DNA from: a virus
IMG/VR virus record: IMGVR_UViG_3300005542_000007
Coordinates: 32,001-96,000 of that record
Reading direction: 5' to 3' (one strand)
DNA: 64,000 bases
Shown here: in pieces, positions 49,064 to 58,393 of the stretch
Position numbering within the stretch: position 1 is the first letter of the stretch
Layout of the letters: each line of letters begins with the position of its first letter
The notes under the pieces: model-generated
The model's input: the letters and a program-made list of their open reading frames with translations, nothing else
What the model was told of the DNA's origin: nothing
Databases searched by the model: none
Made by a program: the position numbers and the translations under genes

Positions 49064-49088
49064 AATAATGAAAGGGAGGTATAATCAA

Positions 49089-49244
49089 ATGATCGCGCTA
49101 GTAATTTTAATCGTAGCTTGTGCGTTTGTTTTTGGCAGTATCGGAAGTTTACTTAATTTAGATAGCCGTGATATAAGTACGTTAATGACATGGGGCTCAA
49201 CAATAGTTATTTGCTCTTTACTTATCTATCTTGGTTTTAATTAA
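49089..49244 (+). CDS. 51-aa two-TM membrane protein (moron-like)
   Basis: GGGAGGT RBS then ATG 49089; two hydrophobic helices. Confidence 0.7.
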   Translation: MIALVILIVACAFVFGSIGSLLNLDSRDISTLMTWGSTIVICSLLIYLGFN

Positions 49245-49329
49245 AATAAATAGTAATTTTGTATTGAAGTTTTTATAGCAGCCACTTTGTAGTTCCAACC
49301 TAACGTAGTATAATTCCGAGGATATTCCA

Positions 49330-51084
49330 TTGGTAGACCCAATATTGGGCCCTTCTGGGCAACCATTACCACCATCTAATCCGCTCCTTTCTCAGCAACC
49401 TGGGAACCTAAGTGCTACGGCAACTGTAAGCACAGGTTCTGCTCAGAGGGCTTTCGCTGAATTGCAGAAGGTTTTAGACAACATTATGAAGTCTTTTAGT
49501 GGGAATTGGGAAAAGGCTTCTAATGATAGTTTGAAAGCCCAGGAAAGATTTTATAGGTACGTTGGGGACAAAGACAATGAAAGAAGGGCCGCTTTAAAAC
49601 GTTATAGTAATGAAGCTATAGCGGCTATAGATGAGGAAACAAAAGCTAAACTAGAAGCTTTAGATTTCGAATTACAGGCTAAAAAGAAAACTCATGAAGA
49701 AGGCGAAAGAGAAAAAACTAAAATAACCACAGAAGCTTCTAGACTCAGGTCCAATATTGAACGAGATGCTCTTCGTAAAGAAGTAGATTCTAAGAAAATT
49801 TTAAATAGAATAGGCGGTGGAATTTCGTCTGTTGGAAGCCAAATAGGAGGTCCAATAGGTGGTCTGGTTTCGGGAGTAGGAAATTTCCTTACCAACCCAG
49901 CAGAGCTTATTCCAGCCGCCATTGCTGGGTCCATTATAGAAATGATGAATACCAGGGCTGCTTTCACAGCAACTGGAGCAAGATTGGCTGGTGCTGGTTT
50001 TGGTGTTGGTGCTGGAGCAGGTGCTGGATTAGATTTTACAACTGGACTTTTTGGCGGTCCCATTAGCCCATTTGGTCGTTCTTTATCGCAGTCGCAGCAA
50101 CGAGATATTATAAGTAATATGGCTGGGTCGCGTACAATGATTGACCAAGCCAGAGCCGCTGGTGGAATGGATGTTCTCAGAGGAAATCTTGGACTTTTTG
50201 CCAACATTCTTCCCGACGCTTCCAAAGAGATGGAGTTGTTTACTGATGCTACGAAGACCTTGGGAATGTCCCAAAAGGATATTTCTGGTACGTTCATGTC
50301 TTCTCGTGTAAATGCAGAAAGATTAAAAATAACACAACTCGATGCAATCTCAACGCAGATAGAAATGCAGAGAGCCCTTCGTAATATTACAAATGATGGG
50401 ACTGTCGCTGCAAGTGTTTTATTTAATGTTGGTGGGTTTTTAAAGGGTATTGGTACTTCTGAAGCAGAACGTCAACGCATAACTCTTGGTATTGCTCAGG
50501 CTGGAGCTAATCTTTCTCTTCCACAAATAGCTGGTATGCTTGCTTTCACCAGAGGAATGAGTCCAACTGGTCAGGGTATGGAACGTGCCATTTTTGGAAC
50601 CAATGGTGCTGGTGGAATGTTGGGCAATAAAGGTACTGGCGTATTTGGGTTGATGGGAGAGTTTTTCAATAAAGTTGGTGGACAAGCAAAAGATCCTATG
50701 CAGCGCTTGTTTATCGCAGATGCCATGAATCGGCAATTTGGGCTCGGACTTCGTACTCAGGATATTCCACAATTTTTCAATCTGTCTGAAAGACTAAGAA
50801 CAGGTGGAATGAATGAAAGGGAATATTCTAAACAGGTAGAATCTTTAACAAAACAAGCCAAAGCGATTACAATTGAAGGTATGGATAAACTGGTAAATGT
50901 TGTTAATCCCATAACACAACTTGAGAATGTATTCACAAATTTTTGGACAAAGATGGATCAACTTCTTTCTAAATATTTTGGAGATGCGACACATCCAAAA
51001 AATTATTTGCACAACGCCCCTAGAAAAAGTACTGATCGTAAACCTACTGCTGGACATGGGTTTGATGTGTATAAGGGGTTCTAA
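49330..51084 (+). CDS. Tape measure protein
   Basis: Follows chaperone; helical, Ala/Gly-rich; TTG start after GAGG. Confidence 0.75.
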   Translation: MVDPILGPSGQPLPPSNPLLSQQPGNLSATATVSTGSAQRAFAELQKVLDNIMKSFSGNWEKASNDSLKAQERFYRYVGDKDNERRAALKRYSNEAIAAIDEETKAKLEALDFELQAKKKTHEEGEREKTKITTEASRLRSNIERDALRKEVDSKKILNRIGGGISSVGSQIGGPIGGLVSGVGNFLTNPAELIPAAIAGSIIEMMNTRAAFTATGARLAGAGFGVGAGAGAGLDFTTGLFGGPISPFGRSLSQSQQRDIISNMAGSRTMIDQARAAGGMDVLRGNLGLFANILPDASKEMELFTDATKTLGMSQKDISGTFMSSRVNAERLKITQLDAISTQIEMQRALRNITNDGTVAASVLFNVGGFLKGIGTSEAERQRITLGIAQAGANLSLPQIAGMLAFTRGMSPTGQGMERAIFGTNGAGGMLGNKGTGVFGLMGEFFNKVGGQAKDPMQRLFIADAMNRQFGLGLRTQDIPQFFNLSERLRTGGMNEREYSKQVESLTKQAKAITIEGMDKLVNVVNPITQLENVFTNFWTKMDQLLSKYFGDATHPKNYLHNAPRKSTDRKPTAGHGFDVYKGF

Positions 51085-51088
51085 TTAA

Positions 51089-51586
51089 ATGGCACAAATA
51101 TATCCCGTTAGAATCAATAATTTAAATTTCTTTGTAAATCCTCGAAATATGAAGATTACAAAAAATGTTTCGTATGGTACTCTTCCAACTCAGGGTGGAG
51201 TTCAATATCAAATTTGGTACAATACTCCAGAAACACTTGTTATTACTGGAGCCTCCGCTGGACAGACTGCGTATCAGGAACTTTTGTTCCTTAAGCAGCA
51301 ATTTGAGATGAACAATAAACTTTCCACCCTATTTTATAAAACGCAAGTTTATCAGGGTTTTATTACGCTGTTGGATGTGGAAGCTTCTACAGGACATTTG
51401 AATGAGTTTACATATACAATAAATTTTCAGCTTCTCTTTGGGCAACAATTTGCTATTGAAGATTTTTCAATTTCTACAACGAACAACGGATTAATTCAAG
51501 GTGCTATTGGTCGATTACAAACTATCTTAAATATTCCGCTAAATAAGGCTAGTGCGAATATCACGAATTTATTGAATAAATTTTAA
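51089..51586 (+). CDS. Baseplate/tube initiator protein
   Basis: FFVNP.NM.I.K..T.GG..Q.W..ITG, F.YTINF; follows TMP. Confidence 0.65.
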   Translation: MAQIYPVRINNLNFFVNPRNMKITKNVSYGTLPTQGGVQYQIWYNTPETLVITGASAGQTAYQELLFLKQQFEMNNKLSTLFYKTQVYQGFITLLDVEASTGHLNEFTYTINFQLLFGQQFAIEDFSISTTNNGLIQGAIGRLQTILNIPLNKASANITNLLNKF

Positions 51587-51588
51587 CC

Positions 51589-53889
51589 ATGGCAACAAAC
51601 GATCAGGTAAGCCAAGAGTATTTATTAATAAAGTGCTTTCTCTATAAATATACGCCCCCTTTTTCACAGGTGACGGTGCCTCCATCTGTATCCAGTAATT
51701 TTTCTCTTTCAACTTTTACACCCTATTCTGTACCGCTCGATGACACACAGTATTTTACAAAATATGACATTTCCAGATTTGTTACCGACTATACATTTGA
51801 ACAAAATATAGATGAAACAACTTATTCGTGGTCCGTGGAATTACAAGATTTGGCTTTGAGTTTTGGAACGATTAACAATAGCCTGAAAGTTACCCCAATA
51901 GCTGGAAACACTCTTAAGAATGGGCTTTCCTTTTCCCAAAGTACAGACTCACTTTCTTTGTTATCTGAGTATGAAACTGGGGCCAACACTTTCAATAATA
52001 ACAATCCAGCAACTGGAGAGTTGCCAATTTTAGGAGCAAAATCCAATCGTGGGTTAACTCCAGGACCTTTGACAGTACAAAATACAAACCTTAATTCAGC
52101 ATTATCGACAGTTCATGGATTGCGACTTAGTGATTTGATTCAAGAGTACGATTTTATTTCGGTGTTTCTTTATAAGAATCAAACTCCTATTACAGATATT
52201 TGGGGAGTATTCACTGTTGATGATTCTATAGCAAATAACCCGTTGCAGATTTTTACATACAAAGTTACTTCAAATACGACACCAGCATTTCAAAATTTTC
52301 AGAATCCTGTTGACCCATTTTTGCAGCAGGAATCCGTACTTTTAACAAAGATGCCAAATGGACAAACCCTCTTTTCCAATGAATTAAATGGGTTTGTTAT
52401 TAAAAAAAATGCAACAAGCTCCATCAACCAAGTAGATAGAGTTGTGGTAAGTGGAAATGGTTGGAGCAGATTATTCGGTTCAACCAGACGTGCCATAAAA
52501 ACTTCGTTATTTGCTAACGCTTTGTATCAAGCTGGACAAGTAACTGGTTTGAATGACGTGACTCCATATGAAAATATATATGCGGGTCAACCCATATCGA
52601 ATATTATCCAGGATTTATTTGATACGGTTTATAGGATTGATTTTAATACAACAACCAGCACCGCTGTTTCCGCTGCCGCGACACCCATAAATCCTTTAAA
52701 TTCTACCAATTTGGATACTTCTACGCAGGTACAGACAAACTTTTTTGCAAGTCCATTGGGACCATCGGGAACCACTTCTGCATCTGTATTTTCAGGACCG
52801 TCTCTTCCCCCACTTGGGTCAAGCTTTTATAATATTACGTCCTTGATTGTGGGAAATTCGTACCCAGCAAATTTATTTACTCTGCCTCAATATCTGTTAT
52901 CAACGGCAATGAAGTTCAGGCCGTTTGCTTATATTGAGCCAATCAATGTTCCAGCTTCCGCTTCTTTTATAAGTGGAGCCACATCAGCCGCTTTAAGTTT
53001 GGCTGGCGCTGGTTCTACTGGACAAATTTCACCAGCAATATTTCAGCAAGCGATTCAGAACTTTGATACGAGTGAACAGGTTATAAATTATGGCAGCACA
53101 AGTCCTGTATTTGTAGACCCAACTGTACAGAACCTAAAGGCGTATTTTCAATTTTTAGATACTGTCTTTTTACCTTACAGCCCTGAATTGCAAACACCCT
53201 ACGAGATTTTGGATCAGATTCGAGCTATTACATTTGTCGAAATTTATGAACAGCCCAACGGTCAATTTATTGTTCGTTCTCCTCAGTACAACAATTTTGC
53301 AGCTTCTGTTCCTGGACGATCTGATATAGGACTCATTCGCAGTAGCAATTTAGGTATCGTTTCTACTAATTATATGGAAACCGTAGAGAATTTGGTGAGC
53401 AAGCTTCTTACAGGCTATTCTCCAAATATTACACCCATTGATACATTGCAGCAATTTGGATACTGTGATGGAAAGCTTCTTATTCAAAACGGTTTATTAG
53501 AAATGGAGACAGCAGCAAATCCAAATGCAGCAACCGCCTCTTTATCCAACACGACAACCAATAACAGCAAGACAACTGGGATTTTTGGATGGGCAGAGTA
53601 TTTGATGGAACTATCAAACGCCAAATTGAAAACAGGCGCAATTGTTTGTGATTTGGATAACACAGTTCAGGTAGGACAAACTTTCATTGATGAGACAAAG
53701 TTTAAGTTTGGATATGTTATTGGGATAAGCAAACATGTATCTGTTACTGGTACAGCAACAATGACTCTCTCGTTATCCTATGTTAGAGATGCAGTTCCTG
53801 TATACAACGTTGATAATTCTATTCGAACTATTAATACAGACTTGCTTCCAGTTTTGACAGATATTGAAAATTCGTTTGCGAGTACTTAA
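51589..53889 (+). CDS. Baseplate hub protein
   Basis: Synteny; E.Y...G..IVR.PQYN; GYV.GISK..S...TMTLSLSYVR C-terminus. Confidence 0.65.
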   Translation: MATNDQVSQEYLLIKCFLYKYTPPFSQVTVPPSVSSNFSLSTFTPYSVPLDDTQYFTKYDISRFVTDYTFEQNIDETTYSWSVELQDLALSFGTINNSLKVTPIAGNTLKNGLSFSQSTDSLSLLSEYETGANTFNNNNPATGELPILGAKSNRGLTPGPLTVQNTNLNSALSTVHGLRLSDLIQEYDFISVFLYKNQTPITDIWGVFTVDDSIANNPLQIFTYKVTSNTTPAFQNFQNPVDPFLQQESVLLTKMPNGQTLFSNELNGFVIKKNATSSINQVDRVVVSGNGWSRLFGSTRRAIKTSLFANALYQAGQVTGLNDVTPYENIYAGQPISNIIQDLFDTVYRIDFNTTTSTAVSAAATPINPLNSTNLDTSTQVQTNFFASPLGPSGTTSASVFSGPSLPPLGSSFYNITSLIVGNSYPANLFTLPQYLLSTAMKFRPFAYIEPINVPASASFISGATSAALSLAGAGSTGQISPAIFQQAIQNFDTSEQVINYGSTSPVFVDPTVQNLKAYFQFLDTVFLPYSPELQTPYEILDQIRAITFVEIYEQPNGQFIVRSPQYNNFAASVPGRSDIGLIRSSNLGIVSTNYMETVENLVSKLLTGYSPNITPIDTLQQFGYCDGKLLIQNGLLEMETAANPNAATASLSNTTTNNSKTTGIFGWAEYLMELSNAKLKTGAIVCDLDNTVQVGQTFIDETKFKFGYVIGISKHVSVTGTATMTLSLSYVRDAVPVYNVDNSIRTINTDLLPVLTDIENSFAST

Positions 53890-53890
53890 T

Positions 53891-54505
53891 ATGACTAAAA
53901 AATATGCAAAAAAATACAATAGAGAATATTATCAACTACATAAAGAAGAAATTAAAGAAGCTAGAAAAAATTATTATGAATTAAATAAAGATAAAATTAA
54001 AGAGTATCAAGCTGAGAATAAGGAAAAAATTAGAGAATATAAACACGAATATGATATCAAATATAATAAATTACATAAAGAAGAAAATGCTGCTCGTTGC
54101 AAAGAATATCAAGCAATACACAGAGAAGAAATTAGACAGTATAAAAATGAGTATCAAGATAATAGAAGAAAGACAGATCCTCTTTTTAAACTAGCTTGTA
54201 ATTTGAGAAAGAGAATACGTGCAGCGATTAAACAAAATAACAAAACTGGTTCTGCTGTTAAAGATTTAGGTTGTACCATTGAATTTCTAAAGAAATATAT
54301 TGAATCTAAATTCTACGGTGATATGACATGGGATAATTGGGGTACAGTTTGGGAACTAGACCACATAGTTCCGTTATTTAAATTTGATTTGATGGATAAA
54401 AAGCAGTTTAAGAGGGCTGTCAATTACAAAAATCTTCAGCCATTGACCAAAAAGGATCATAGAAAGAAAACGAATAGAGAAGTAAGTGAATGGAGTAATC
54501 ATTAA
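53891..54505 (+). CDS. Free-standing HNH homing endonuclease
   Basis: K/E/Y-rich helical repeats then LGCTIE.LK.YIESKF..MTWDNWG..WELDHIVP..NYKNLQPL; visibly AT-rich. Confidence 0.85.
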   Translation: MTKKYAKKYNREYYQLHKEEIKEARKNYYELNKDKIKEYQAENKEKIREYKHEYDIKYNKLHKEENAARCKEYQAIHREEIRQYKNEYQDNRRKTDPLFKLACNLRKRIRAAIKQNNKTGSAVKDLGCTIEFLKKYIESKFYGDMTWDNWGTVWELDHIVPLFKFDLMDKKQFKRAVNYKNLQPLTKKDHRKKTNREVSEWSNH

Positions 54506-54509
54506 TTAT

Positions 54510-55532
54510 ATGGCAGATTATCGTATATTCCAGGCTCAAATTTTAGCCAAAGACCCAACGACCCCAAGGCAGTATTCGGTTGTTGAGATTCCAAATGGAC
54601 AGAAACTAGTTGGTGTTCAGCTTGGAAATGCCCTTAAAGACCAAAGTGCTCCGTTGCTTGGAAGTATTGTTTTGGTTTTGCAATTGGACGCCTATCGCTC
54701 TTATATTTTGATGGTGTTGCGAGAACCATTTAATTTTCTCACTACCAATACTCAATACCGTGGATTTATTCCAGCTACTGGAAATGTCAGTCAAGATATC
54801 GCAATTGGTGCAAACCCAGTACAAGATGGTGAAATTTTTATGGAAGCAACTGGTCCTGCTTCCCCCACCGGAGAAGGCATTCCAGGATTTGGTGCTCATC
54901 TATACTTGGGTAACAATGGAGTAGCACAGATTGAATCGGGCTCCATGGGAGAAAAGCTTATTATTGGTGGTGAAGGTTCTTCAGATGATCACGAAGTTAT
55001 TCTTTCAGCCGATAATGGGTTTATTGAAGGAAATCCAAACGATATAACTCAGATCCAAAGCACCTTTAATTGGGACAGTTTAAATAATTTGCAGTTTGGG
55101 AATGTGATTGCCAACCCAGTTACTTCCATTACAATTCCCCTAAGTGAATTGATGATGGATGCAATTGGGAACATTACTCTTCGAAATACTACCATAGGAA
55201 CTGGGGTGAGTTTGGCTTCTTTGAATATGGACCCCATTGGAGATATTTCGTTAACGGGAACTACAATTTCATTGAACAATGGTACTGAAGGCGTTGCTCG
55301 ATTGAACGATTTGACCACTTCCAATTTGGCAATCGATCCCCTATACTGGAAATTCGTTACTGCTATTCAGGCATTCTTTACAGCTTTATCTGCATTCCAA
55401 GGCGGTAATCCGGTTCTTCAATCTCAACTTGGAGTATTGGGGTCAACCTTTTTAGCCCAAGTTCCTATAGCACCCACTTCTTTAACGAGCAAGATTTCTA
55501 CGTCATCTATTACTGTAACGGCAGGTAACTAA
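54510..55532 (+). CDS. Baseplate spike (gpV/gp5-like)
   Basis: N-terminal OB-like P.LGS.VLV; beta-helix strands; GVARLND near C-terminus. Confidence 0.6.
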   Translation: MADYRIFQAQILAKDPTTPRQYSVVEIPNGQKLVGVQLGNALKDQSAPLLGSIVLVLQLDAYRSYILMVLREPFNFLTTNTQYRGFIPATGNVSQDIAIGANPVQDGEIFMEATGPASPTGEGIPGFGAHLYLGNNGVAQIESGSMGEKLIIGGEGSSDDHEVILSADNGFIEGNPNDITQIQSTFNWDSLNNLQFGNVIANPVTSITIPLSELMMDAIGNITLRNTTIGTGVSLASLNMDPIGDISLTGTTISLNNGTEGVARLNDLTTSNLAIDPLYWKFVTAIQAFFTALSAFQGGNPVLQSQLGVLGSTFLAQVPIAPTSLTSKISTSSITVTAGN

Positions 55533-55533
55533 A

Positions 55534-56013
55534 ATGCCAAATCCAGCAACAACTCTTGGTCTTTGTGCAGTACAGTTCATTAGGGCTGTACTTTGTGGCA
55601 ACCCAACACTTAAAAGTACATTTAAAACTTTTCTAAATAGCCAGATTTTAGCTGCTGATGCTGAGATAGCAATTTTGGGGGCACAGGTTGCTAGACTTGA
55701 TATTTTAAATGAATTTGCTAATTTAGAAATTCAAACCTTAGCAGCAGTACAGAATAAAATTCAAGCTGATCTTAATGTGGTTCTTGGTCCTATGCAAGGT
55801 TCCGCAGCATGTCCAGTCATTAGTCAATTTATGCAGCAAGCGCAAAGCGGCTCTACTTTGAAAGCTCTTGCTGGAATTCAGAATCTAATTTATTCTTATA
55901 ACAGACGTGCATACGTAGCAAATGCAATTTCTAATCAAGTTAAAAGTTTGCAGAATTTTGTAAATACCGCCCAACAATTTTTAAATTTAATTGATCAAGT
56001 TTGTAGTTCTTAA
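55534..56013 (+). CDS. Hypothetical helical baseplate-region protein
   Basis: 159 aa, tight gene packing. Confidence 0.55.
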   Translation: MPNPATTLGLCAVQFIRAVLCGNPTLKSTFKTFLNSQILAADAEIAILGAQVARLDILNEFANLEIQTLAAVQNKIQADLNVVLGPMQGSAACPVISQFMQQAQSGSTLKALAGIQNLIYSYNRRAYVANAISNQVKSLQNFVNTAQQFLNLIDQVCSS

Positions 56014-56024
56014 GGAGAAACTAA

Positions 56025-56501
56025 GTGAGCGATTTATTTTTATCGACAGCTAATACACCGGGACAACCACAATATCCACCTCAACAAGGAAGTCCACAAT
56101 TTTACTTTGGAGAACAGACTAATGATCTTCAGATAGGTACAGATAATGATTTTACTTTAGTAAGTGGAGTCGAAGAAACAACACAAGACGTACAGAAAAT
56201 TCTTATTACGGAACAGGGAGATAATACATTGTTTCCATTATATGGAACATTGCTTCAGAGTCTCATTGGAAATAAAATAAATCCAAATACAATTTCTGGT
56301 TCTGTGCAGCAAGAGATTGTGCAAGCTTTACAAGTACTCTTTTTACTTACACAGAATAGATCAAATCCAGCAGAGATTGTACAAACTTTATACTCTCTAC
56401 AAACTACATTACAGAGCGATACTAATATAGCAGCATTGCTTACGGTTATTGCAGCCTCCGGGCAAGAAATTACTACGGGTATTCAAATAGGTAATATCTA
56501 A
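56025..56501 (+). CDS. Baseplate wedge protein, gp25/gpW-like
   Basis: LVSG.E...Q...KILIT..G....P.YGT.L..LIG. Confidence 0.8.
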   Translation: MSDLFLSTANTPGQPQYPPQQGSPQFYFGEQTNDLQIGTDNDFTLVSGVEETTQDVQKILITEQGDNTLFPLYGTLLQSLIGNKINPNTISGSVQQEIVQALQVLFLLTQNRSNPAEIVQTLYSLQTTLQSDTNIAALLTVIAASGQEITTGIQIGNI

Positions 56502-56512
56502 GGATTAAAATT

Positions 56513-58381
56513 ATGGCACTTCCTACATTTTCACAAATCGTTAGTTCGATGCTCTCCTTTTTGCAAGCAGAAAGGCCGGATATTAATACAAATACAGGAA
56601 CCGTAGTAAATGACGTAGTTGTATCTACAGTAGCGAATCAATTATCGGCTGAGAATGGTACATCTCCAAGCGTTTATTCTTCTATACAATATGTCCAAGA
56701 TGTTCAAGCCTTCGTTGATAATGCTGCTATTTTAGTTCCAACAGATTTAGACGCAATAGGTACAAACTATGGATTGGTAAGAAATCCAGGAACTCAAGCT
56801 ACGGGAATTATCACATTCCGTATTCGAAATTATACGCCTTCGAGCCCTATTGTTACTGTTCCATCGGGCACCGTAGTTTCTACATTAGCAACATCTCAAG
56901 CTCCCGCTGTTTCATTTTCTACTACGGCTACGGTAACTTTTACCCCCTCTCTCGCTCCTTCTTATTACAATCCTGTCACTGGTTTTTATGAGCAAAGTAC
57001 CACAATTGTCTGTCAGACAATTGGCACTGTTGGGAATGTTGGGGCTGCAACCATTGTTTCTCTTGTCGGTCCTACTATAGGAATTGATGCTGTAACTAAT
57101 ACAACAGCTACTACTGGAGGCACAAACGTAGAGAGTAATGTAGCCTTTGCAGGACGTATTCAAATTAAATTGGAAGGAAATAATGTTGGTACTCCAAATG
57201 GAATTATCAGTTTGATGGAAACCAACCCAAACGTTATCCAATCTCTTATTGTAGGGCCCAATGATCCTGAGATGATACGGGATCAATTTGGTGGAAGTGT
57301 GGATGTTTATATTAGAGGTCAGATTCCTGTAACGACAACCGATACTCCTACTTATACCACGACAGGATCTCAACAATTTGTCTTAGTTAATCAACCCGCT
57401 TTGTCTGTTGGGTCCGTTACAGGTATTGTTGGTGGTAATCCTTATACATTCGTCCCCAATACTGATTATAGTTTTGTGGAGAACCCAAATATTCTCTTTT
57501 CTGGAAGTATAGATGCAGCTAGTTATATTGTTTTTGGTACCAAAACATTTTTTAATATTGTAACCGTCGGTCTTCCGTTCACAGTAACTTCGGTAACAGA
57601 CGGTACCCATTTGTTGGTGAACAGTGTTACGGGAATGAGTCCCAGTGATACAATTGTTCAAGGAAGTAATACTACTACTATTACGGCAATCAACCCCATA
57701 GGATTTCCACCAAATACAATCGCCGTGGGAAGCACTATTGGTTGGATTGGTGGGGGAACGGCTGCGGCTGACATTTCAGTGTCACAATTAGTTGTTAACA
57801 CGACAAATGGTATGAATCCCGGCGACATAATTGTTCAGGGAGCCTTTTCTACTACGGTTAGTTCAGTTACAAATTCAACTACAGTAGTTGTTGGAAGCGT
57901 GTCTGGTTTTTCAGTAGGAACAGCCCATTTTACTGGGTTTTCACCCGACAATAATACAGTTATTACAATTACCTACACTTATGATAGTTTGATAGCAACA
58001 CTCCAAGCCCTTATTAATAATAACTCCAATCATATTGTTGCTTCCGATGTTTTAGTGCGGGAAGCAATCCAAGCATTGATTAATATAACGGCTGGAATTC
58101 TAATTGTTCCTGGATTTGTTCCATCCACGGTAGTGGCTAATGTAGAAACCGCACTTACCGATAATATCAACGCTCTTGGACTTGGAGCAGTACTTATTCT
58201 AAGTGAAATAGTTGCTATTATACAAGATGTACCAGGAGTGGATGAAGTCGATCTCACTAGTTTAGTTATTCAATCTACAGAAGGCATTGTTACTACCACC
58301 ATTCCCCCAGGGCAGCAAATTTCCGTAGGCAAAAATGCCTATACCGTTACAAACAATTTGACTATAACAGTAGAGTCATAA
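56513..58381 (+). CDS. Baseplate J-like wedge protein with nested inserted beta modules
   Basis: LDAIG.NYGL.R..GT.ATG, GTVGNV, TGGT..ES..F..RI, GSVDVYI, IQDVPGVD. Confidence 0.88.
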   Translation: MALPTFSQIVSSMLSFLQAERPDINTNTGTVVNDVVVSTVANQLSAENGTSPSVYSSIQYVQDVQAFVDNAAILVPTDLDAIGTNYGLVRNPGTQATGIITFRIRNYTPSSPIVTVPSGTVVSTLATSQAPAVSFSTTATVTFTPSLAPSYYNPVTGFYEQSTTIVCQTIGTVGNVGAATIVSLVGPTIGIDAVTNTTATTGGTNVESNVAFAGRIQIKLEGNNVGTPNGIISLMETNPNVIQSLIVGPNDPEMIRDQFGGSVDVYIRGQIPVTTTDTPTYTTTGSQQFVLVNQPALSVGSVTGIVGGNPYTFVPNTDYSFVENPNILFSGSIDAASYIVFGTKTFFNIVTVGLPFTVTSVTDGTHLLVNSVTGMSPSDTIVQGSNTTTITAINPIGFPPNTIAVGSTIGWIGGGTAAADISVSQLVVNTTNGMNPGDIIVQGAFSTTVSSVTNSTTVVVGSVSGFSVGTAHFTGFSPDNNTVITITYTYDSLIATLQALINNNSNHIVASDVLVREAIQALINITAGILIVPGFVPSTVVANVETALTDNINALGLGAVLILSEIVAIIQDVPGVDEVDLTSLVIQSTEGIVTTTIPPGQQISVGKNAYTVTNNLTITVES

Positions 58382-58393
58382 GAGGATAAAAAT

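Noticed and set aside
49035-49088. ORF-track start at TTG 49035 (also 26461, 53864, 54486, 37189)
   Set aside because: Downstream ATGs with proper RBS or non-overlapping positions fit better; 49035 is the -35 box itself
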